Source of the DNA: an uncultured bacterium
GTDB lineage: Bacteria > Patescibacteriota > Minisyncoccia > Phycocordibacterales > GWA1-40-21
Assembly: GCA_903832855.1 (NCBI GenBank)
Contig: CAILDB010000014.1
Span: forward strand, 128,144 to 192,143
Direction of reading: 5' to 3'
DNA length: 64,000 nt
Part shown: positions 11,014 to 20,985 of the stretch, in pieces
Layout of the letters: each line of letters opens with the position of its first letter
Position numbering within the stretch: the stretch's first letter is position 1
The notes under the pieces: model-generated
Databases searched by the model: none
Told to the model about the DNA's origin: nothing
What the model saw: only the letters and a program-made list of their open reading frames with translations
Translations under genes and position numbers: made by a program

Positions 11014-11199
11014 GTGGCAAAAACATCAACGATAGCAAGGTCAAAAAAGACACCAAAATTTTCTACACGCGCAACTAGAAGATGTTTTCGTTGTGGAAGA
11101 AAGGCTGGATATATGAGAGACTTTGATCTTTGCAGAATTTGTTTTAGAGAATTTGCAAACGAAGGAAAAATTCCCGGAATAACAAAATCATCATGGTAA
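11014..11199 (+). CDS. rpsN: 30S ribosomal protein S14 (zinc-binding type)
   Basis: CFRC...CRIC, 61 aa. Confidence 0.96.
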   Translation: MAKTSTIARSKKTPKFSTRATRRCFRCGRKAGYMRDFDLCRICFREFANEGKIPGITKSSW

Positions 11200-11582
11200 T
11201 AGACCCAATTTCAAATTTTGTAAACGGCATCAAGAATGCCAATAAAGCAGGCAAGGAAACTGTAGAATTTTTTAATTCAAAAATAAAGACCGTAATTGCA
11301 GATGCACTTTCAAAAGCTGGCTACATTGGTGAAGTTTCAAAAAAGAAAAAATCAAACAAGATTGAAGTCACTCTCGCTTACACGGAAGACAAAGAACCAA
11401 AAATAACTGGTATTGAAAGGGTTTCAAAGCAGTCCAGACGCGTCTATGAAAGCTACAAAGAGATAAGACCTTTTATGAACGGTTTTGGTAGATCATTTTT
11501 CTCCACACCAAAAGGTATTTTGACCGACAAAGAAGCCAGAAGAGAAAAAGTTGGCGGAGAAGTTTTATTTAAAATTTGGTAA
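11193..11582 (+). CDS. rpsH: 30S ribosomal protein S8
   Basis: DPIS...STPKGILT...GGEVL. Confidence 0.96.
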   Translation: MVIDPISNFVNGIKNANKAGKETVEFFNSKIKTVIADALSKAGYIGEVSKKKKSNKIEVTLAYTEDKEPKITGIERVSKQSRRVYESYKEIRPFMNGFGRSFFSTPKGILTDKEARREKVGGEVLFKIW

Positions 11583-11586
11583 TACA

Positions 11587-12120
11587 ATGTCAAGAATTGG
11601 AAAAAAAGAAATAATCATACCGGCAAAAACAGAAGTTTCAGTTTCTGGTAATTTTGTCATTGTAAAAGGCCCACTCGGTGAACTCAAAAAAGAAATTCCA
11701 GCTGGAGTCAAAATTGATATTAAAGATGGGAAAATAAATCTTTCAATTGCAAAAAAGACGATTGAACTCAACGCTTTGTGGGGAACTATCGCTTCTCATA
11801 TTACAAATATGATTGCCGGTGTAAATAAAGTTTATGAGAAAAAACTTATTATTGAAGGTATTGGTTACAAAGGTGATGTTTCTGGTGCAAAAATTGTTTT
11901 TAGATTGGGCTTCTCCCATCCTATTGAAGTTTTAATTCCAAAAGAGCTCAAAGTCACTTCAGAAAAAGGAATTCTTACAATATCTGGAATAAGCAAAGAT
12001 CTCGTCGGTAGCTATTGCGCAGGAATCAGAGCACTCAAAAAACCAGAACCATACAAAGGCAAAGGTATCAGATACAGTGATGAAGTCATCAGAAGAAAAG
12101 AAGGTAAGAAAACCGCATAA
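11587..12120 (+). CDS. rplF: 50S ribosomal protein L6
   Basis: MSRIGKK...PEPYKGKGIRY. Confidence 0.97.
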   Translation: MSRIGKKEIIIPAKTEVSVSGNFVIVKGPLGELKKEIPAGVKIDIKDGKINLSIAKKTIELNALWGTIASHITNMIAGVNKVYEKKLIIEGIGYKGDVSGAKIVFRLGFSHPIEVLIPKELKVTSEKGILTISGISKDLVGSYCAGIRALKKPEPYKGKGIRYSDEVIRRKEGKKTA

Positions 12121-12131
12121 TCTTTAAATAT

Positions 12132-12482
12132 ATGAAAAACACAAGTTCAAGAACAGCAAAAGTAGCAAGAAGACACAATAGAATCCGAGCAAAAGTCGCC
12201 GGTACCTCTGAGATGCCTCGTCTTGCTGTTTTCCGTTCCAACAAAGCAATTTACGGACAAATTATAAATGATGATGCGGGCACCACACTCGTGGGTTTTT
12301 CTTCAGCAAAAGCAAAAGGTAAAACATTTTTGGCAAAGTCCATTGATGCAGGGAAAGAGATAGCAAAGCTTGCAATTGCAAAAGGAGTGAGTAAAGTTGT
12401 CTTTGACAGAGGAGGTTTCCTTTACACAGGCAAGGTCAAAGCATTTGCAGATGGCGCCAGAGAAGGCGGACTTAAATTTTAA
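12132..12482 (+). CDS. rplR: 50S ribosomal protein L18
   Basis: PRLAVFRS...FDRGG. Confidence 0.96.
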   Translation: MKNTSSRTAKVARRHNRIRAKVAGTSEMPRLAVFRSNKAIYGQIINDDAGTTLVGFSSAKAKGKTFLAKSIDAGKEIAKLAIAKGVSKVVFDRGGFLYTGKVKAFADGAREGGLKF

Positions 12483-12487
12483 TAATT

Positions 12488-13204
12488 ATGGAAGATAAAA
12501 CAAACACAACAGCACAAGTCACAGCGACAGCTACTCCGGTAGTAAGGCCTGCTTTTCCTAAAACTTTTTCCTCAAGAGGTCCAAGACCGTTTGGAACTTT
12601 TGGTAGAAGTCCAACATCAAGAGATGGGCAAGGATCAGGACCAGGAGGTTTCCGAGGTAAAAATCCTAGAAAGGGTTTTACATCTCGCGATCCTAGAGCC
12701 AAACCAGAATTTGATCAAAAAATCTTAAACATTAGAAGAGTTACCAGAGTTACTTCAGGCGGAAAGAGACTCAACTTTAGCGTAGCTATGGTTGCCGGAA
12801 ACAGAAAAGGTTCTGTCGGAGTAGGTACAGGAAAGGCCATTGATACATCTCTTGCAATTGAAAAAGCTCTCAGAAATGCAAAGAAAAATATGATTAAGCT
12901 CAATCTCGTAAAAAATAATTCCATCCCTCACATTGTAATGGCAAAATATTGTAGCGGAACAATTTCCATTATGCCAACTCCAGGAAAAGGTGTGACCGCA
13001 GGAAGTGCCGTCAAATATGTTATTGAGCTTGCTGGAATAAATGATGTCACCGCAAAAATTATTTCACCTTCAAAAAATAAATTGAATATGGCGAGAGCTA
13101 CTATTGAAGCACTTTCTGCTTTTGCAAAAAAGAAAGGTGCTGTAGAAGCAAAGCCAGTTGTCGCAATGCCCGTGCCAGTAGAAGTTAATCCTAAATCAAA
13201 ATAA
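12488..13204 (+). CDS. rpsE: 30S ribosomal protein S5 with low-complexity N-terminal extension
   Basis: RRVTRVTSGGKR...GVGTGKA. Confidence 0.95.
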   Translation: MEDKTNTTAQVTATATPVVRPAFPKTFSSRGPRPFGTFGRSPTSRDGQGSGPGGFRGKNPRKGFTSRDPRAKPEFDQKILNIRRVTRVTSGGKRLNFSVAMVAGNRKGSVGVGTGKAIDTSLAIEKALRNAKKNMIKLNLVKNNSIPHIVMAKYCSGTISIMPTPGKGVTAGSAVKYVIELAGINDVTAKIISPSKNKLNMARATIEALSAFAKKKGAVEAKPVVAMPVPVEVNPKSK

Positions 13205-13234
13205 GAATTTTGATCGGACAAGAAAATAAATAAT

Positions 13235-13669
13235 ATGCAAAAACACGATTTAAAAAGAAAAACAAAAAACAAAAAAGTTATCTCTGTCGGCAGAGGCGGT
13301 AAAAGAGGTAAAACATCTGGAAGAGGAGGAAAGGGTCAGACTGCTCGCGCTGGACACAAAGTTCGTCCAGAGATGAGAGATATGATCAAGAAACTTCCTA
13401 AACTTAGAGGGTATGCCTTTAAGACTATCAAACAGTTTTCAGTTTCTAATTTTAACATAGGAGATTTAAATGATATCTTTTCAAGTGGAGATGTAGTCAG
13501 CCCAAAAACTTTGGTGGACAACGGATTTTTGGAAATCTACAAAGGCAAAAAGCCAGCCGTAAAAATCTTGGCTGGAGGTGAGATTACCAAAAAATTAAAA
13601 ATAGAAGGTTGTGCCATTTCAAAAGAAGCAAAAATTAAAATAGAAAAAGCAGGAGGAACAGTAAAATAA
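13235..13669 (+). CDS. rplO: 50S ribosomal protein L15
   Basis: GRGGKRGKTSGRGGKGQTAR; no rpmD upstream. Confidence 0.96.
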   Translation: MQKHDLKRKTKNKKVISVGRGGKRGKTSGRGGKGQTARAGHKVRPEMRDMIKKLPKLRGYAFKTIKQFSVSNFNIGDLNDIFSSGDVVSPKTLVDNGFLEIYKGKKPAVKILAGGEITKKLKIEGCAISKEAKIKIEKAGGTVK

Positions 13670-13675
13670 ACCACT

Positions 13676-14947
13676 ATGAATTTCTGGATTAAAATAAAAA
13701 TGATTCTGGAAGATAAGACCTTGAGAAACCGAATCCTTTTTGTGCTCGGTGGTCTTTTGATATTCAGATTGCTTTCTGCCATTCCAATGCCGGGAATTGA
13801 CTCATCTAAGCTTGCAACTTTCTTTTCAGGAAATCAATTTTTGGGTTTGATAGATGTTTTTTCTGGTGGAGGACTTAGCCGACTTTCCATCGTGATGCTT
13901 GGTGTCGGTCCTTACATTACTTCGTCCATTATTATGCAACTTTTGACGATGATGGTTCCAAAGATGAAAGAAATGTATCATGAGGAAGGGGAAGCAGGAA
14001 GAAAGAAATTCACTCAGTATTCACGACTTTTGACTGTTCCTATAGCTTTCATTCAGGGTTTTGCATATCTTTCCTTACTTTCAAAATCAGGTATGGTGCC
14101 AGCTCTCGGTTTTTTTGAAATGGTTACAAGTATTGCTATTGTCACTGCCGGTGCAATGTTTCTAATGTGGCTTGGTGAGATGATGACCGAATTTGGAATT
14201 GGAAATGGAACTTCAATAATTATTTTTGCAGGTATTGTCTCCAGATTGCCTTCTGATTTGAGTAGATTATATTTGACTTTTGACCCCGCACAAATACCAA
14301 TGTATTTGGCATTTCTCGTGGTTGCAGTTATCGTTATTTTGGGCGTTGTCTATGTATCCGAAGCCGAAAGACCTATTCCCGTGACCTATGCAAAAAGGGT
14401 TCGAGGTTCTAACACTTCCGGTGGGGTTTCCACATATTTACCACTCAGAGTAAATCAGGCTGGAGTTATTCCAATTATTTTTGCACTTTCTATCGTTCTT
14501 TTCCCTCAAATGATTTCAAAATATTTTGCGACTGCTGCAAGTAGTGAAGTGATAAAGACCATCGCAAGCAACATTTATAATTTTCTTTCAAATAACTGGG
14601 TTTACGGTATATCATATTTTATTTTGGTATTTCTCTTTACATATTTTTACACAGCAGTCACCTTTGATCCAGAGTCCGTTTCCACAAATTTGCAAAAAAA
14701 TGGTGCATTTATTCCGGGTGTAAGACCAGGTGCTTCCACTGCAGAATACCTCGGCAAAATTCTCACAAGAATAACTCTCGTTGGAGCAGTCTTTCTTGGT
14801 CTCATCGCTGTTCTTCCTATGGTTGTCCAAGGCGTAACTGGTATCAGTTCAATTGCAGTTGGCGGTACAGCACTTCTTATTGTTGTTTCTGTTGTCATTG
14901 ATCTCATCAAAAAAGTGGAAGCACAGATTTCTATTCGAGAATACTAA
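13676..14947 (+). CDS. secY: Preprotein translocase SecY
   Basis: LGVGPYITSSIIMQLL, IPGVRPG. Confidence 0.97.
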   Translation: MNFWIKIKMILEDKTLRNRILFVLGGLLIFRLLSAIPMPGIDSSKLATFFSGNQFLGLIDVFSGGGLSRLSIVMLGVGPYITSSIIMQLLTMMVPKMKEMYHEEGEAGRKKFTQYSRLLTVPIAFIQGFAYLSLLSKSGMVPALGFFEMVTSIAIVTAGAMFLMWLGEMMTEFGIGNGTSIIIFAGIVSRLPSDLSRLYLTFDPAQIPMYLAFLVVAVIVILGVVYVSEAERPIPVTYAKRVRGSNTSGGVSTYLPLRVNQAGVIPIIFALSIVLFPQMISKYFATAASSEVIKTIASNIYNFLSNNWVYGISYFILVFLFTYFYTAVTFDPESVSTNLQKNGAFIPGVRPGASTAEYLGKILTRITLVGAVFLGLIAVLPMVVQGVTGISSIAVGGTALLIVVSVVIDLIKKVEAQISIREY

Positions 14948-15002
14948 GGCCAAAAAAACAAAAACTTGGACGTCGAACGTCCAAGTTTTTGTTTTTTTGG
15001 CC
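14948..15002. terminator. Long perfect inverted repeat / bidirectional terminator
   Basis: GGCCAAAAAAACAAAAACTTGGACGT...ACGTCCAAGTTTTTGTTTTTTTGGCC. Confidence 0.75.
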
Positions 15003-15023
15003 GTACTCTGTTATACTCTCTTT

Positions 15024-15650
15024 ATGTTTAATATATTTAAAAAAGAAGCGGAAAACGATAAGCTTGGTCAAGCTTATATTTTTATTGGTAAATCAGGATG
15101 TGGGAAAGGCACCCAAGTTGAGCTTTTTAAGGCTAAATTGGCAGAAAAAGGTGAATCAAAGACTCTCCACCTTGAAACGGGAGCTTTTTTTAGAGAGTTT
15201 ATAAAAGGAAATTCTTTTACTCAAGTACTATCCAGAAAAACTGTAGAAACTGGAGGGCTTATGCCTGGAGCTTTTGCAATGTGTCTTTGGGTCAATTATC
15301 TTGAGAAGTATTTTACCGGTAAAGAAGATTTACTTTTTGATGGTGCCCCAAGGAAACTTCAAGAGGCTGAGCTCCTTGATGGTGTGTTGAAATTTTACGG
15401 AATTGAAAAATATAAAGTTATCTATATGAATGTCAGTGATAAGTGGTCTCACGACAGACTTCTTGTCCGTGGCAGAAAAGATGATAGTGAAGAAGGAATT
15501 GCAAAAAGAATGGCTTGGTTTCAAAATGATGTGATGCCTTGCATAGAATTTTTCAAAAACAATCCAAATTGCCACTTTGTGGATGTAAACGGAGAACAAA
15601 CAGTAGAAGCTGTCCGGACCGAAATTGCGAAGAAGGTTTTCATCGAATAA
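15024..15650 (+). CDS. adk: Adenylate kinase family (short LID)
   Basis: GKSGCGKGTQ P-loop, DGAPR, GRKDD; follows secY. Confidence 0.85.
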   Translation: MFNIFKKEAENDKLGQAYIFIGKSGCGKGTQVELFKAKLAEKGESKTLHLETGAFFREFIKGNSFTQVLSRKTVETGGLMPGAFAMCLWVNYLEKYFTGKEDLLFDGAPRKLQEAELLDGVLKFYGIEKYKVIYMNVSDKWSHDRLLVRGRKDDSEEGIAKRMAWFQNDVMPCIEFFKNNPNCHFVDVNGEQTVEAVRTEIAKKVFIE

Positions 15651-15651
15651 T

Positions 15652-16416
15652 ATGATTAAGTTAAAGACAGAGGAAGAAATAAAAATTCTGCGAGAAGGCG
15701 GAATCCGTTTGTCGTTTATTTTAAAAGAAGTCGCAAAAAAAGTTGCAGTAGGGGTAAGTGCAAAAGAGCTTGATGACCTCGCCTACAAACTTGCAACAGA
15801 AAATGGAGACGAGTCAGCTTTTTTAAATTACAAAGGAAGAGGCGATAGAAAATCATACCCAGCATCTCTTTGCGTTTCTATAAACGACGAAGTGGTCCAC
15901 GGAATTCCCACCGAAGATAAAATAATAAAAGATGGAGACATTGTTTCTCTTGATATGGGACTTATTCACAAAGGTTTATTTACCGATTCGGCCATCACTG
16001 TGCCAGTAGGAAATGTGGATGAAGTCGGTATTAAACTTATAAATGTTACAAGAGAGGCACTTCGCGTCGCGATTGACTGCGCAAAAAAAGCAAAAAATAT
16101 CGGTGACATCGGCTACGCCGTAGAAAGATTTGTAAAACCAACTCGTTTCGGAATTGTAGAAATTCTTTGCGGACACGGTGTCGGATATGCCGTGCACGAA
16201 GATCCTTTTATACCAAATTTTGGCAGGCGAGGTGATGGTGCAAAAATAGAAAAAGGTCTCGTGATTGCGATTGAGCCGATGGTAAACGAAGGGACTAAAG
16301 AAGTTTTTGAAGGCACTGACGGCTTCTCTTTTAAAACCCGTGACGGCAAAAGAAGCGCCCACTTTGAACACACAATTGCCTTTACGAAGGACGGGGTGGT
16401 GGTGATTACGGAATAA
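15652..16416 (+). CDS. map: Methionine aminopeptidase
   Basis: NDEVVHGIP, GHGVG, HEDP, SAHFEHT. Confidence 0.96.
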   Translation: MIKLKTEEEIKILREGGIRLSFILKEVAKKVAVGVSAKELDDLAYKLATENGDESAFLNYKGRGDRKSYPASLCVSINDEVVHGIPTEDKIIKDGDIVSLDMGLIHKGLFTDSAITVPVGNVDEVGIKLINVTREALRVAIDCAKKAKNIGDIGYAVERFVKPTRFGIVEILCGHGVGYAVHEDPFIPNFGRRGDGAKIEKGLVIAIEPMVNEGTKEVFEGTDGFSFKTRDGKRSAHFEHTIAFTKDGVVVITE

Positions 16417-16462
16417 GTTTCTTTTTCATTTTCTAAATATAATGGTATAATTTCTCTTATAT

Positions 16463-19234
16463 ATGCCAGAAGGTTTTAACTTTGAAAAAGGAACAGCATT
16501 TAAAAATCCACAGGAGGAGTTGGATTTTTTGCGTGCGGAGGTTTTGAAGAGAGAAAAGGAGATGGAGAAAACCGGAGAGAAGATTGAGAGAGAAAAAATA
16601 ATTTCAGAAAAAATTCACGCGTATGAAGATGCTCCGAAAAATGTTTTGCATAAAGATTATGCTATGCCAGCTGAGCATACGGATGCTATTGTCCTAGAAC
16701 TTTCACCAGAAGAGCACGACAAGAAGATGGAAGAACTTGTAGCGATTCTTGCCGAAAAAGGAATGCTCAATACTTTATCTATTATTGAAAAAATGGGCGA
16801 CCCGCACATTGAGGATGATTTTCACAGATTTCTCGTTCAGTATGTGAAAGCCGGTTTTGATATGAAAAAAGAAAAAAGCCCCGTTTTCAAAGCACTCTCA
16901 ATGACCTTGTATGAAATTGATTTGCCTGTAAAAAATAAAGAGGATGAAAAAAGCGACGGTAAGCCAAGCAGGGAGCTTGTCTCAAAAATGGAACAGTTTT
17001 ATAACGGGATGCTTAGTATTTCTTCCGCAAACGGGGTGGAATATTTTTCTATGGAGCTTGCCAATTCCAATCACAAAGAAGACATTATTTTTTACATTGC
17101 AATTCCGGATATGGCAAAGGGAATTTTTGAAAAGCATATTTTATCTATTTTCCCCGAAGCGCATCTTGCAGAAAGAAAAGACGATTACAATATTTTTAAT
17201 GAATCCGGTTCCTCGGTCATTTCTGTGGCGAGACTCAAAGGTCATCCCATATTACCGATTGGGACTTTTGAAACTTTTGATCATGACCCGATGAATGTGA
17301 TTATAAATAGCTTTTCTAAACTTTCAAAAGATACCGAAGGTGCGTCTATTCAAGTCATAGTAAAACCTTGCGGAGATAAATACAACAAAATTTACAGAAA
17401 AGGTTACAATGAATTGAATAAAGGCAAGAAACTATCAAAAGCAATCAAAGAAATGGAGTCAGGTTTTTGGAGTGAGGTTGTGAAGGTTTTTAAAACAGAA
17501 GAAAAACCAAAAGAAGACGCTCGTCCGGATGAAATTTCTATGACTCTCGTGAAGCAGAAAATTTCCACACCTATTTTTAAAACGAATATTAAAATTGCCG
17601 TGTCTGCAGGTTCCGAAGCTCGTGCGGAGTCAATTCTTGGCGAAATAGAATCGTCTTTCAATCAGTTCACTCTTCCGATGGGTAATTCTTTTGTTTGGAA
17701 CAGGGTTACCGGACGGGCACTCACAAAAAGTTTTAGAAATTTTACTTTTAGAGTTTTTGATGAAGACCAAAACATTCCACTTGATTCTAAGGAAATCGCA
17801 TCTCTGATGCATTTGCCAGATTTTTATTTTTCTGCCTCAAATCAGCTCAAGCAAGTAAAGTCCATTTCTGCACCGGCACCTCTAGGATTAGCGACTGGCG
17901 GTGTAATGCTCGGATACAATAAACACAGGGGAGTAGATACCGAAATCTGGATGACTCCAGAGGACAGGCTGCGACACTTCTATGTAATAGGTCAGACTGG
18001 TACAGGTAAGACGACATTACTCAAAAGTATGATTCGCCAAGATATTTTAAATGGCAATGGTGTTTGTATGATCGACCCGCACGGCTCTGATATTCAAGAG
18101 GTCCTTTCATATATTCCAAAAGAGCGCATAGAAGATGTAATTTATTTTGACCCAAGTAGTACAGACAGAGTGATGGCACTCAATATGCTTGAATATGATG
18201 TGAGCAAACCACAGCAAAAAACTTTTGTAGTTAACGAGCTTTTTAGTATTTTCCAAAAATTATATGGCGCTGTACCAGAATCAATGGGGCCAATGTTTGA
18301 ACAATATTTTAGAAATGCCACGATGCTTGTAATTGAAGATCCAGAAACGGGTTGCACGCTTTTGGAAGTATCACGCGTGATGGCCAATAAAGAATTTAGA
18401 AAGATGAAACTTTCTCATTGCAAAAATCCTATCATTGTTCAATTCTGGACAGAGATTGCAGAAAAGGCTGGTGGGGAAGCGTCGCTTGCAAACATTGTGC
18501 CTTACATTGTCAGTAAGTTTGACGTATTTTTGGCGAACGAAATAATGCGACCTATTATTGCCCAAGAAAAATCATCCTTCAATTTCCGAGACATAATGGA
18601 CAACAAAAAAATTCTTCTTGTAAACCTCGCAAAAGGAAAACTTGGCGATATCAACTCAAATCTTATCGGACTTATTATTGTAGGTAAACTTTTGATGTCT
18701 GCACTTTCTCGTGTGGATTCTTTCGGCGGAAAAGAGCTTCCTCCTTTTTATCTTTACATTGATGAGTTTCAAAATGTAACCACAGATTCTATTTCCACTA
18801 TTCTTTCTGAGGCCAGAAAATATAAATTGTCTTTGACTGTCGCGCACCAATTTATCGCTCAGCTTCAAGAAAAAATCCGTGATTCCGTCTTCGGAAACGT
18901 TGGTTCTATGGCAGCATATCGTGTGAGTTCTGAGGACGCAGAATATTTGGAAAAACAATTTGGTCCGACTTTTTCAAAAAAAGATTTATCAAACATTGAA
19001 AATTACAATGCTTGTGTTAAGATGCTAAGCCGTGGTGTCCCACAGACGCCTTTCAGCATTTATGTTCCCAACCCTCCAAAGGGTGAAATGTCCTATATAA
19101 ATGATATGAAAGAACTTTCATATTTGAAGTACGGCAGAGAAAGAGCCTTAGTGGAAGAAGAAATAATGTTGAAATACAAAAAGCCGGAGCCGGTAATTCC
19201 ACCGCAGGCTTCACCAGAACCATTTAAAATTTAA
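16463..19234 (+). CDS. VirB4/TraD/HerA-like P-loop ATPase
   Basis: GQTGTGKT Walker A, IDPHG, YIDEFQ, SEARKY. Confidence 0.85.
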   Translation: MPEGFNFEKGTAFKNPQEELDFLRAEVLKREKEMEKTGEKIEREKIISEKIHAYEDAPKNVLHKDYAMPAEHTDAIVLELSPEEHDKKMEELVAILAEKGMLNTLSIIEKMGDPHIEDDFHRFLVQYVKAGFDMKKEKSPVFKALSMTLYEIDLPVKNKEDEKSDGKPSRELVSKMEQFYNGMLSISSANGVEYFSMELANSNHKEDIIFYIAIPDMAKGIFEKHILSIFPEAHLAERKDDYNIFNESGSSVISVARLKGHPILPIGTFETFDHDPMNVIINSFSKLSKDTEGASIQVIVKPCGDKYNKIYRKGYNELNKGKKLSKAIKEMESGFWSEVVKVFKTEEKPKEDARPDEISMTLVKQKISTPIFKTNIKIAVSAGSEARAESILGEIESSFNQFTLPMGNSFVWNRVTGRALTKSFRNFTFRVFDEDQNIPLDSKEIASLMHLPDFYFSASNQLKQVKSISAPAPLGLATGGVMLGYNKHRGVDTEIWMTPEDRLRHFYVIGQTGTGKTTLLKSMIRQDILNGNGVCMIDPHGSDIQEVLSYIPKERIEDVIYFDPSSTDRVMALNMLEYDVSKPQQKTFVVNELFSIFQKLYGAVPESMGPMFEQYFRNATMLVIEDPETGCTLLEVSRVMANKEFRKMKLSHCKNPIIVQFWTEIAEKAGGEASLANIVPYIVSKFDVFLANEIMRPIIAQEKSSFNFRDIMDNKKILLVNLAKGKLGDINSNLIGLIIVGKLLMSALSRVDSFGGKELPPFYLYIDEFQNVTTDSISTILSEARKYKLSLTVAHQFIAQLQEKIRDSVFGNVGSMAAYRVSSEDAEYLEKQFGPTFSKKDLSNIENYNACVKMLSRGVPQTPFSIYVPNPPKGEMSYINDMKELSYLKYGRERALVEEEIMLKYKKPEPVIPPQASPEPFKI

Positions 19235-19251
19235 TAATTAATAAATAAAAG

Positions 19252-19848
19252 ATGAAAACAGAAAAAACATTCGTAATAATAAAACCAGATGGCGTTCAGC
19301 GCTCACTCATAGGTGAGATAATCGGAAGATTTGAAAGAGTCGGGCTCAAACTCGTGGCAATGAAAATGGTTGTGCCTACGGAAGAAATAGTTGGAAGTCA
19401 TTACACACTTGACCCAGCGTGGATTAAAAAAGTCGGTGAAAAATCAATCAAAGGGTACGAATCAAAAGGGCAAGTTCCTCCCTCAAAAGATCCAATTGAA
19501 CTTGGCAACAGAGTTCTTGAAGTTTTGAAAAAATATTTTACAAGCGGGCCAGTAGTAGCAATGGTTTGGCAGGGAGCACACGCAGTTCCGGTTGTTAGAA
19601 AAATAGTTGGTGGGACAGAACCTTTGACTTCAGATGTTGGAACTATTCGTGGAGATTTTGTTCTTGATTCTTATCAAATGTCAGATACAGATGGTAGGGC
19701 AATCAGAAATGTCATTCACGCCTCAGGTTCCGTAGATGAAGCAAAAAATGAAATTGACCTTTGGTTTAAAAAAGAAAATATAATAAATTACAGATTGGTT
19801 CAGGATGCTATTTTGTATGATGTAAATCTGGATGGGCTTTTGGAATAA
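19252..19848 (+). CDS. ndk: Nucleoside diphosphate kinase
   Basis: IKPDGVQR, GTIRGD, NVIHAS. Confidence 0.95.
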   Translation: MKTEKTFVIIKPDGVQRSLIGEIIGRFERVGLKLVAMKMVVPTEEIVGSHYTLDPAWIKKVGEKSIKGYESKGQVPPSKDPIELGNRVLEVLKKYFTSGPVVAMVWQGAHAVPVVRKIVGGTEPLTSDVGTIRGDFVLDSYQMSDTDGRAIRNVIHASGSVDEAKNEIDLWFKKENIINYRLVQDAILYDVNLDGLLE

Positions 19849-19861
19849 GACTAAATGCCAA

Positions 19862-19908
19862 GTGGACAGCAAAAAGACGAGGAAATTCCTCGTCTTTTTG
19901 CTGTCCAC
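19862..19908. terminator. Inverted repeat / terminator after ndk
   Basis: GTGGACAGCAAAAAGACGAGGAA/TTCCTCGTCTTTTTGCTGTCCAC. Confidence 0.7.
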
Positions 19909-19938
19909 AGGTTTATCTTTAAAATGATGAGGAATTGC

Positions 19939-19966
19939 TTGACTTTATTTTTGTTTCCTATATACT
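19939..19966 (+). promoter_or_regulatory. Putative sigma70 promoter of the 23S-5S unit
   Basis: TTGACT-N16-TATACT. Confidence 0.55.
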
Positions 19967-20946
19967 CTTCACTACGCAGATATGTTAAAACAAAATCAAT
20001 TTTTTAAGCGGGGAATATAGTAACTCTCTTAAAAGGGTTATCTGTATGAAACCGCAAAAGAAGCGGTTTTTGTTTTTTGCCGGATGAATGATGTTTGATA
20101 ATAAAATTCTGTCATAATATCACCAATTTGTTACCGCAAGGTAACCTGTGGGTCTTTTATAGATATTATAGACAGGCAGGTTCGTCATCAATATGATGAT
20201 GACGAAAAAATGTTTGTTGTGTGATTGATTTTACGCAACAGACCGAAAAAATAATTAACCCTAAAAAATTTTTACTATCGCATTTGCTAAAAAGCAAATG
20301 CATGGAAAATCTGAGAAGATTTTCTAATAGTAAAAACTTTAAAGGGTAAATAAATTGTGGTTTTTAAATTTCCTAATAGGAAATTTAAGAGCATATGGTG
20401 GATGCCTTGACTTAAAGAGGCGATGAAGGACGCAGTATGGCGGCGATACGCTTCGGGGAGGTGCCTAGCAACCTTTGATCCGGAGATTTCCGAATGGGGA
20501 AACCCTTCCGATTATGTCGGAAATCTTACACTTGATGTAAGATGCGCACCCAGGGAAGTAAAACATTTCAGTACCTGGTGGAAAAGAAAACAATGCTACG
20601 CAAGTAGCAACATTTCCTGAATAGTGGCGAGCGAAAAGGAAATAGCCCAAACCGATTACGAACTTTGTGCAGAACAGAAAACTGGATTCCCGTCTTCACG
20701 GGAATGACAGTCGTTGTGTATAAAGTTCGTAATCGGGGTAGTAAGACAATAACGTTATATTTATATAAGAAAAGTTACAAAATATTTTGTTAGCGGAATC
20801 CACTGGGAAGTGGAACCCTAGGGGGTAATAGTCCCGTACGCGAAAATAAAATATCTTTTCTGTTGTTGTTCTTGAGTATCTCAAGACACGAATGGCTTGA
20901 GAGAATCTGCCGGAACTAACCGGTAAGGCTAAATACTCTTTAAGAT

Positions 20947-20985
<39 letters not shown>

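Noticed and set aside
16463-19234. Conjugative element suggested by the VirB4/TraD-like ATPases
   Set aside because: No relaxase, integrase or mating-pair genes; both ATPases sit among housekeeping genes.
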